NCBI GenBank assembly: GCA_043228905.1
Contig: JBHGNT010000020.1
Coordinates: 11,966,001-12,030,000, forward strand
DNA length: 64,000 nt
Origin: Azolla caroliniana
Taxonomy: Eukaryota; Plantae; Polypodiophyta
Direction: 5' to 3'
Of the stretch, positions 50,770 through 59,998 are shown piece after piece. Position 1 is the first letter of the stretch; each line of letters opens with the position of its first letter. A program made the translations under genes and the position numbers. The notes under the pieces were generated by a model that saw only the letters and a program-made list of their open reading frames with translations, was not told the DNA's origin and did not search any database.

Positions 50770-53113
50770 TATTAACAATGTTTACAAAATTGAGTAATGT
50801 CAACGTATGCTAAATCCTCCTATCAATTCATTCATTCACGATCGTGAACCACACTATTTTAATATTGGTGCATACATGTGTTATCAACAACATGCTGCTC
50901 ATTCCCAATTGTAACACATCTGATGTGTTGAGGGGTTCCATGATTGGAACCACACCACACGACCTCAATGGATTGAGGTGAGGGTCTTCTCGATGAGTAG
51001 AGAAGGCACCCGTAACTTGAGGTGTGAGTCGTGGGCTTCTAAATCTTCTGGACAGATAGAGAGGATGCCCATGACTAAAGGTGTGAGTCGTGGGCTTGTG
51101 GCGTGTGTACCTTGCCAAGGCATACATGCCGCACAACTTGCATGAGTACACTTGACTTGCATGCAAACCTCATCCTAGATGGTCCACTTGAATGTGAAAT
51201 GCCCTCGTGGTGCTTGAGTCGTGGATGCGTGAATGAACGTCAATCGTGGGGGATGGAATCTCCCATGCGTATTCAACAAACTTATAATAAATATGAGGCA
51301 CTAATAGATATGCTTTATTCTTGTTGTAATGGACAACCACTATGGCCTCCACATTTAATTACTGAGTGTGGGTATGGAGCCATGTGACAATTAATTAGGA
51401 GCTAATGGTGACCTCTTATTTAAGTTGAATAGAGGGTGGTTGGGCAACAAGGTTCAATAGGTCCAAGTTATTCACCAAGTAATCCTTCACACGTTCGAGC
51501 AAAGTGGCCATGGTCTTCTTGACCTCGTCATTGACAAAGTCTTTTAGCGTCAAAAGAGGTATCACCATTTGTCTCTTTCTCATGTATTCATATGCCCAAT
51601 AATGTCCCACTCAATATTTGCAAGATAACCTAGAGTTTCCCTTGGAGAGTGTAGGTGTGGATATGTACAGTAAGGCCTTTCCTCTTCAAATTTTTACTGC
51701 TTTTGTGAGTATTTCTATAGGAAACAAATGTGTATGCGCGCGCGCGTGTGTATGTAAGAAAATATAGTTCATTGAGTGCTCACAAGTGATAGCCTTATTG
51801 GGTATTTGTGTATGAATGTGCACTTTGTGAGGAACCCACTTGTATATGTTTTGTTTATAACTATTTGGTTATGTTCCATGTGTTTTTATGCATTGTCGCA
51901 AAGTTATGCACATACATGTGAAATGTGAGAGAGCAAGACCATCGGGGACCTAAAGCAAGGAAGAGTCATAGGAGGCGGTTGTTTGCACCAAGTAGGTTAG
52001 GATGATTAGATTTTTGTAAACGAAGTTTCTGTTAAAGAATCGAATCGTCGATCCACAAAAGATATGCTGGAATACACAACTTGGAACAGAAAACAACAAA
52101 TGAACAGAATATAAATGCACACAGTTTTACATGGAAACCCTAAATGGGGAAAAACCACGGGAGATCAAATCTTCCACTATACAGAAGAGAATACAAAGAA
52201 CGGTTACAACTCTTCTCTGAAACTCAGAGGATAACCTCTTAGGGTTCTTGGCGAGTTCACTGAACTCTGCTACCACTCTCTCTCACGCACTCTCCATAGT
52301 CTACACCACTCACAACTACAAAAACTCTAATTTGTATGATTCACACTATTTTGTTCTACATCCCTATGTTTGCCCTAAGTGTCATGGGCATGACAACAAT
52401 CATGTCAAGATTTGAACTCTTGACGTTGTCGTGAAGAAAACCGTCCACGAGCGGAATCAGTGCACCGGAGCGTAGAAACCGACTCTTCATGCACGTGCGC
52501 CTTGAGTTGTACATAGGAGATCCTAGGTAGATTCGGTAGGTAAGGAGTAAAAGGGGAAACAACTCCTTCCTTGCTTATAAAAAGGAAGGAGACGAGGAGG
52601 GTAGGGGGATCGTGGAGAGTCGAGGACGAAGTGCTGTCGGAGTGGGCGCGAAGGCTTCTCTCTCTCTCTCTCTCTCTGGTTCGCAGACTCCATAGCTTCC
52701 TTCTGTGCAGGTTTCGGGAGGCTCGCGCTGCTCCGAGGAATGCCCGAGTGCTTCCGGCAGCACCTCCAACCTGTTCCTGTCTTTCTGTGCGTTTACGAAC
52801 AGGTATCGGCATCTGTCCGCCGGCCTGTTTGGTTGTAACCGACTTCGTGTTTTGTTGTCTTAGTGTTCTTGATTGTTTGTCTTGTCAATACATACATACT
52901 TTCGTGTCTTTTGTGTCGCTGTCCCATTCGCGTCCTTGCGTCGAAGGGCCGTGTCCCTGTGAATCTACGCTCGCACGTAGTGGGTCTCTCTCTCTCTCTC
53001 TCTTACTCTTCGGTACAGGACCCCCGAGGTCCCGCCTCACTCCACGCATCCGCGAGGAATACCTCGACATATTTGGTGAACCCGACGTGAAAGAGGCGGC
53101 AGAAGAGCAGAAG

Positions 53114-55240
53114 ATGAGGGGGTCGGATCTCGCAGAGGCCATGGCTTCGGCCGTGGATCGGATATTGAGCACACGCGAGGGCACCGGTGCCCTCAACAGA
53201 GCCATTGAGGCGGTCGTCGGTACAATCGGCCGTTTCAGCGGAAAGGATGCTACGAAGTATTTGGCGTCCTACGGGGCGGAAATGCTGATGCGGGACATTC
53301 CGGAAGAGAGGCGTCTTGCCGGGTTCCCTCGAGTGGCGATGCCGAGCATCCATGCGGAGGTGCTCGAGGTACGGGCGGAGAGCCGTACCTGGGAGGAGTT
53401 CGAAGGCCGACTCCTAGAGAAATATGGGCTGGACGACGCGCTCCGGCTTTCGAAACGGGACTTCATGGAATGGGTGGAGTCCCCCGGCAAGGGAAGAAAC
53501 GCGTCGGCACTCCTCCGGGAGTTCGAAGAACGCTTTGCGCGCCTTTCGGCACTTGACCGAACCATTCTGGATACGAGCCGGGTCCTACTGTTCGTCAAGT
53601 CGGTGGACGAGCGGGACCGGGATCAAGTCGGCTCCTTGCTGGAAACTGAAGACGGGCTGACAATCGACTGGACCGCGGTTAAGAGAGTCTGTGGCCGTTT
53701 CGACAAACGGCGAGAATGGGCTGACAACGGGGCGGCCGGTGCGGGCTCTGTTACAGCAAGGAGGCTTGAACCGGCACCGCAAGTGCGAAGGGAAGAAACC
53801 CGGGAATGGCTCGAAACCGGTCCGGCTTCGACCAGCATGGTCAATGGCTCGTCCGGAGGAGCCGCGCTAGAGGAGTTGACGCGGGCGATAAAGGATCTCC
53901 AGATCACCCAGACTCGAAGGGAAGGCGGCAAACCGGCTCGTGACCGACGGCCGGCAGTGGGGAACAGGTGCATGTGGTGCGACGAGGTCGGCCACATTCG
54001 GAAGGACTGCGGCGATTTCGCAGAGGCGTTGAGAAACCGGGTGGTGTACCTATGGGAAGGCCGGGTGCACGCTGGCGACACCAGGAGGGCCTTGAGCTGA
54101 AATGATGGGCGAGGAGGTATGAAGAGACTGATGGAAGAGGCGGCGGCCCGACACGTGGAGGCCATCCACTACTCAGCGTCGGCCGGTATTCGGGTCGGGG
54201 GCAGCGAGACCCGAAAGGAGAGCAAAGATGGTTTCTGGTCGGCAATGCTGGAAGGCCTCGCCGGCGCGCGACTGAGGAGAGATGAAACGGACCACGCTGA
54301 GAGACGGGTCCGGGAAATAACCGGGTGGAGCGATCCGGTCGAGGAGAAGACGGGCTTCGTAGAAGCCGCTTGCCGGAACTACGAGGCTCTGGTAGAAGAA
54401 AAACGAGTGGGGAAAGCCGGAGCGGCCGAGCCCTCACAACGGTACGAGACCCGATTCGGGCAACGACGGAACGATGCCGGCGGGCCCAGCTCGCAAGATA
54501 ACCCCAGGAAGGGCGGATACCGACTAGGGACGGAAATTGAAAGGACTACGGACCTACGGAAGGTCATAGAGGAACGGATCCTCGACAGCAAGGTGGAGCT
54601 GTCATTACGGGAGGTGCTAGGGATCGCCAAGAAGGAGTTCCACGACTCCATTGTAGACTTGGTGAAACGGAAGAGACTGTCGACGGAGACGGAACCGGAA
54701 AAACCGGCGGAGGTGCGGACGACGCACATCGACGACTCGGCGCTGGAAGATGAGTGGGCGGAGAGCCACTATTCGAGGCCACACTGGGCCCGAGCGACCA
54801 CGGAGACCCCGGTAAAAATCGGAGATGTTCGGGAACCGGTGGTGGCGCTGGTGGACCACGGTTCGGAAATAAACCTAATGTCCATGGACTTCTATAAGAA
54901 GGGGAAGTGGCTGATCAACACCAAGCACGGGTGGAAGATACGGGCGGCGACGCGCGCCACAGAGGAACTGCATGGGGCCTGCCCGAACGTGCGAGTCAAG
55001 ATCGGCGACGTCGAGATTGACCAGCACTTCTTCGTACAGGAAACGTCTTCGCACCCGGTCATATTAGGGGAACCATACATCACGGCGGCGCGAATGGAGA
55101 CCAAGGTGCTGGACAACGGTTCGGCCTACGCGAGGGTCAAAAGCCAGGACGGGCGCCATTCGGTGCAATTTTTGACGGTGCGGCCGAACCATGAGAGAAA
55201 CCGCGAGTCCCTCGGTGGCGAGAACCGGGAGGATTTTTAG
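53114..55240 (+). pseudogene. gag: Gypsy-C gag-protease ORF with one premature TGA (54098-54100; CGA in Gypsy-B)
   Basis: MRGSDL start, zinc knuckle CMWCDEVGHIRKDC, protease ALVDHGSEINLM...VILGEPY. Both ORF-track pieces are in the same frame. Confidence 0.92.
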
Positions 55241-55297
55241 AGAGGGCTGCCAAGGCGTGGGGCCGAGACAGCCCGGACACTCGGAAAAGACCCTACG
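55231..55297 (+). promoter_or_regulatory. Predicted -1 ribosomal frameshift signal (GGATTTT, 6-nt spacer, pseudoknot)
   Basis: G_GAT_TTT_TAG ends gag-PR and pol is in the -1 frame. Stems are GGGCTG/CAGCCC and CGTGGGG/CCCTACG. The signal is conserved in Gypsy-A and -B. Confidence 0.8.
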
Positions 55298-55344
55298 ACT
55301 GTACGATAGGTAGGGGATTTTGCTTCTCCGACAACTGAGGGTGT

Positions 55345-58300
55345 ATGATGGTCGACATCGTTGGCCGAGAAAAGACAAGGGCGGAAGAGCGACTTCGAGC
55401 GTGCGGAGTTCTCGGCCCGGACGAGGAAATCAGCGGAGCCGTGGAGGCGGTCTCCTTTGACGACACCTTAGGGATGCTGAGGAAGGTTGCCGGAGAAGAC
55501 CTTAACGAAGACCGGACGATACCGGTATGTTCCGAAGAGATGTACGAAGTCATCGCCGACTTCAGTCGGGGGCTCGGGACGGATCAGACGGCCCGAGTTA
55601 GCACAAAGTACAAGACTGTGGACCGGAAGGTAAGGCCAGTCGCGGCACCCTTACCGGAGGGCAGCGAGTCCCGGATCAGAGGGGTTGCGTCGGACCCCAG
55701 TTTACGAGATCCGGCCTGCATAGGGCACACCTTCACCGACGGGACGCTCCGGGAGCTCAAAATCGGTGGGGGCGGGTTCCTACTGCCGGCGGAGGAAGAC
55801 CGGTTTCGGAGGATGCTCGGAAGGCACGGGAAAGCCTTCGCATTCTCACCGGAAGAGATCGGGTGCGTAGACCCGACGATCGTGGAGCCGATGGTGATAT
55901 TCACGGTACCGCATGTGCCGTGGAATCTCAAGCCGATTCCGGTACCGAGAGCTCACATCCCGAAGTTGATGGAGCTATTGAGGCAGAAAGTAGATATGGG
56001 CATTCTTGAACCGTCGAGTGCCCCATACTCGAACCGATGGTTTACTGTACCGAAGAAAAACGGAACGCTGCGCTTCATCCAAGACCTGCAGCCGGTCAAC
56101 AGAGTGACCATTCGAAACGCAGGAATCGGACCGACCATAGACGAGTTCGCGGAGGCCTTTGCCGGAAGGTCGATTTACTCGGTCGGTGATCTGTACTCAG
56201 GGTACGACCAGTTCCAGCTAGCCGTGGAAAGCAGAGACATTACGACGATGCGAACTCCCCTCGGCCTAGTGCGAATGTGTACCCTGCCACAGGGAGGGAC
56301 CAACTCGGTGGCCCACATGGTGAATGCAATGAACAAGGTACTGAGGGATTGCATCCCGGACATCACCATGCCGTTTCTAGACGACATCCCTATCAAAGGG
56401 TGCCCGGTGGAAGAGAAGGACGAGACACTTGGGCCGGACGGATGCCGGCGATTCGTTGCAACACACATCGACGACTGCGAGAAAGTGCTACAAAGGCTAG
56501 AGGAGGCGAGGCTCACCTTCTCCGGGGAGAAATCGGCCTTCGGGCAATCAGAAATCCTGGTGGTCGGGCATCTATGCGGACCATATGGCCGGAAGCCGTC
56601 TCCGGCAAAGGTAGAAGCCATCTCCGCGATGAAGACCGATTGTAGCTCGGTTACGGAAGTTCGGAGGTTCCTAGGGGCATGCGCGTTCTACCACATATGG
56701 ATCCCGCATTACGCCCACGTTGCGGAGCCGCTATACGGGTTGTTGAAGAAAGGGCAAAAATTCGAATGGCGAGACGAGCATACGGAGTCGGTCCGGAAGC
56801 TGAAGGAAGCTCTTGCGGCAGCACCAGCGCTCCGGAAGGCTGTCTACGGGAAGGGTACCCCGGTATGCATAACGGTGGATACGAGTCCGACCGGGATCGG
56901 ATGGGTCGTCAACCAAGAAGACGAGGACGACATTCGGTTCCCGATCCGATTCGGCGCGAAGGTCCTCAGTGAGCGACAGCGAGGTTACGCCCAGGTTAAA
57001 CGTGAACTCTGGGGTATCGTTTCGGCAGTAAAGGCCGACAAAGACTACCTGATCGGGGCAGAAGTGATTATCGAGACGGATTGCCTGCCAATTCTCGGCA
57101 TGGTTTCCGGGTGCGCGACACCGGACCTGGCGATGCTCAGGTGGATAGCGTACGTCAAGTCCCTGGACCCGGAAATACAACACATTTCCGGAAAGGATAA
57201 CGCCATGGCCGACATGCTTTCGAGGGCAAGGTTTGATGACGAGGGCGGCATGGTTTCGGAGGACGAAGAAGTTGGCGTGGACTTCTTCGAGTCAGCGTAC
57301 GTGACAACTGATGGGACGAGCACTCCGGCGCTTAACGACTTCGACGAGAGCAAGTACGACGGCGAGTGGCTCTGGATTGGTGGGTTTTTGAGGACGATGA
57401 CGCCAGATGCGTCATGGACGAGGGACGAGGCAAACCGGATCCGGAAGAAAGCTTACCGATTCTTTCTCCGGGACGGATACTTATGGAAGCACCCGAAGAG
57501 GAGGGACGGCGCTCCGCTCCGGGTGGTGGCGATGAAGGAAGAACAGGAGGAGCTGCTGACGGCCTACCACGACAGCCCTTGGGCTGGACACCGTGGAACC
57601 TGGGCCACGTTCGAGAAGATAAAGGGGAAGTACTGGTGGCCGGGACTGTACCGGGACGTGCATCGATTCGTGACAACTTGCGAGAGCTGTCAGATGCACT
57701 CCATAGTCCGACACCGGGACGAACTTCACCCTACGTACCCTCCGACCATCCACTTCAAATGGATGGTAGACCTGGTAACGATGCCGATGGGAATAGGACA
57801 GATGCGGTATCTAGTCCTGGCTCGGGAAGATCTAACGAACCAGGTGGAAGGCCGGGCCCTTCAGAACAAAACGACTGCGGCCGTATGTCGGTTCCTGCTC
57901 GAGGACGTAATATGCCAGTACGGGTGCGTCGGGAAGATCGTGGCTAATCGCGGGGAGTTGGACGCCGAAGAGGCCGAGGAGCTGTTCGACCGGTTAGGGG
58001 TCAAGCTCTCGCTTACCACTGCGTACAATCCAGAGGAAAATGGGAAGGTGGAGCGCGGACACAGACCGATCGTCAAGGCGTTAGTTCGGGCATGCGGAGG
58101 TCAAGTCGGGAACTGGCCGCGGCTACTGCCTTACGCGTTGTGGGCTGACCGGACTACGCACAGTTCGGTAACCGGATTCATGCCGGCAGAGCTCATGTTT
58201 GGGCAGAAGCCGATCATGCCGATCGAACGTACGGTCTCCTCATGGGCAACCGTGAACTGGAGAGACGAGATGAGCCGGGAGGAACTGTTGACGGCGCGCA

Positions 58301-58704
58301 TACGACAACTCGAGCAGAGACCGGAGGACGTGGAGCAGGCTGCGGAAAAGCTTCGGGTGGCCAGGATGAGGAGCAAAGCCCGGTTCGACCGGACGCACCG
58401 GCTCCGATCGAAGAAGATCGAGGAAGGCGACTGGGTGCTAGTTTACGACAGCAGCCTCGACAACCAGCACCGAGCGACACGGAAGTTCGCAAGAAGGTGG
58501 TTCGGGCCTTACGTGGTACAAAGCGCCAACGACAACGGGACGTACCATCTGGCGGAACTCGACGGTACGAGAATGGCGATACCGGTAGCTGGGAAGCGGA
58601 TCAAGACGTTCAAGAAGCGTCACGACGACGAGCCGGATCCGGTTGACTTGGACCGCGACGACGAGCGATCCGAAACCGAGGAAGAACCGACGGGCGGAGA
58701 ATGA
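55345..58704 (+). CDS. pol: Gypsy-C pol (RT-RNase H-integrase), -1 frame relative to gag-PR, no chromodomain evident
   Basis: 1119-codon ORF with RT motifs LPQGGTNS and PFLDD, RNase H motifs ITVDTS and ADMLSR, HHCC (HDSPWAGH...CESC), and integrase VDL...ANRGEL...VER. The second catalytic D is N here but D in Gypsy-A and -B. Confidence 0.95.
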   Translation: MMVDIVGREKTRAEERLRACGVLGPDEEISGAVEAVSFDDTLGMLRKVAGEDLNEDRTIPVCSEEMYEVIADFSRGLGTDQTARVSTKYKTVDRKVRPVAAPLPEGSESRIRGVASDPSLRDPACIGHTFTDGTLRELKIGGGGFLLPAEEDRFRRMLGRHGKAFAFSPEEIGCVDPTIVEPMVIFTVPHVPWNLKPIPVPRAHIPKLMELLRQKVDMGILEPSSAPYSNRWFTVPKKNGTLRFIQDLQPVNRVTIRNAGIGPTIDEFAEAFAGRSIYSVGDLYSGYDQFQLAVESRDITTMRTPLGLVRMCTLPQGGTNSVAHMVNAMNKVLRDCIPDITMPFLDDIPIKGCPVEEKDETLGPDGCRRFVATHIDDCEKVLQRLEEARLTFSGEKSAFGQSEILVVGHLCGPYGRKPSPAKVEAISAMKTDCSSVTEVRRFLGACAFYHIWIPHYAHVAEPLYGLLKKGQKFEWRDEHTESVRKLKEALAAAPALRKAVYGKGTPVCITVDTSPTGIGWVVNQEDEDDIRFPIRFGAKVLSERQRGYAQVKRELWGIVSAVKADKDYLIGAEVIIETDCLPILGMVSGCATPDLAMLRWIAYVKSLDPEIQHISGKDNAMADMLSRARFDDEGGMVSEDEEVGVDFFESAYVTTDGTSTPALNDFDESKYDGEWLWIGGFLRTMTPDASWTRDEANRIRKKAYRFFLRDGYLWKHPKRRDGAPLRVVAMKEEQEELLTAYHDSPWAGHRGTWATFEKIKGKYWWPGLYRDVHRFVTTCESCQMHSIVRHRDELHPTYPPTIHFKWMVDLVTMPMGIGQMRYLVLAREDLTNQVEGRALQNKTTAAVCRFLLEDVICQYGCVGKIVANRGELDAEEAEELFDRLGVKLSLTTAYNPEENGKVERGHRPIVKALVRACGGQVGNWPRLLPYALWADRTTHSSVTGFMPAELMFGQKPIMPIERTVSSWATVNWRDEMSREELLTARIRQLEQRPEDVEQAAEKLRVARMRSKARFDRTHRLRSKKIEEGDWVLVYDSSLDNQHRATRKFARRWFGPYVVQSANDNGTYHLAELDGTRMAIPVAGKRIKTFKKRHDDEPDPVDLDRDDERSETEEEPTGGE

Positions 58705-59998
58705 AGGCTGGACCGGTTTTCTCCGTCCCAACACAATTTGGCGCATGCCGGTGGATGCGCGGTTAGGTGGGGGCGGATGTCGTGAAGAAAACCGTCCACA
58801 AGCGGAATCGGTGTACCGGAGCGTAGGAACTGACTCTTCATGCACGTGCGCCTTATGTTGTACATAGGAGATCCTAGGTAGATTCGGTAGGTAGGAAGTA
58901 AAGGGGAAACGGCTCCTTCCTTGCCTATAAAAGGAGGGAGACGAGGAGGGGCGAGGCATCGCGGAGAGTCGAGGACGAAGTGCTGTCAGTTTGCGTGCGA
59001 AGGCTTCTCTCTCTCTCTCTCTCTGGTTCGCAGACTCCATAGCTTCCTTCTGTGCAGGTTTCGGGAGGCTCGCGCTGCTCCGAGGAATGCCCGAGTGCTT
59101 CCGGCAGCACCTCCAACCTGTTCCTGTCTTTCTGTGCGTTTACGAACAGGTATCGGCATCTGTCCGCCGGCCTGTTTGGTTGTAACCGACTTCGTGTTTT
59201 GTTGTCTTAGTGTTCTTGATTGTTTGTCTTGTCAATACATACATACTTTCGTGTCTTTTGTGTCGCTGTCCCATTCGCGTCCTTGCGTCGAAGGGCCGTG
59301 TCCCTGTGAATCTACGCTCGCACGTAGTGGGTCTCTCTCTCTCTCTCTCTTACTCTTCGGTACAGGACCCCCGAGGTCCCGCCTCACTCCACGCATCCGC
59401 GAGGAATACCTCGACAACGTCTTGCATTATAGTCAAGTGTTATGTTCTAACCAACAGATCCAAATAGATTATCATTTATGTATATCTTAGTATATTATTA
59501 GAAGATTATCTATTTTAAGTTCTAGGAGTTTTTAGAAAGTTCTAGAACTAGAAGGTTCTAGAATAGAATATTCTAGTGCATGTACTTCAACTCGCAGTAT
59601 AAATACTTGTAGCCTCCTTGGTCCTTTTCAAGGGATTCAAGCCAGTCACTGACATATTAATCTAGTTTCCTCGTTTCATGCCATATTGTCTCCTTGATAT
59701 TTATATTTGTCTTCATGCTCTCCAATTAATCCTAGCTTCCTAGGTTCATAGTCTCATCACTCACAACTCTATAATTCCTAGCCTTGTCACTTCCAGTTCC
59801 ATGTTTGTAGCCTTATCAGTCGTAGCCTCGTCATCCGTGCTCTATTGTAGTCTAGGGTTGGTGTGTCTGTGACACTTTGATTCTCTCACGGAGCAAAATT
59901 TGGTGAATTTTTCACAACAAATGAATTTTAAAGCAGTTAAAGCATGGGATATCACTTTACGAAACATTAAGATTATTCATCAATGTATGGGGTAGCTA

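Larger units (their letters stand above)
52427..59416 (+). mobile_element. Ty3/gypsy LTR retrotransposon (Gypsy-C), near-complete, same family as Gypsy-B
   Basis: LTRs at 52427-53069 and 58778-59416, TSD ACGT (52423-52426, 59417-59420). PBS TGGTGAACCCGACGTGA at 53074-53090 and PPT AGGTGGGGGCGGA ending 58777. Confidence 0.98.
52030..59456. mobile_element. Probable old solo LTR (52030-52426 + 59421-59456) split by Gypsy-C
   Basis: Ends TGTTAAAG...CCAACA. It shares TGGAAA(A)CCCT..GGAAAAACCACGGGAG and GTTTGCCCTAAGT motifs with the solo LTR at 17488. No clean TSD. Confidence 0.45.

Noticed and set aside
50828-51620. Short ORFs possibly from a DNA transposase relic
   Set aside because: No motif I can assign with confidence.
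52571-53113. Long N-terminal extension of gag through the LTR (similar ORFs in the other LTRs)
   Set aside because: It starts at TTG upstream of the TATA-like box, and the frame varies with CT-repeat length between copies; the ATG at 53114 is the likelier start.
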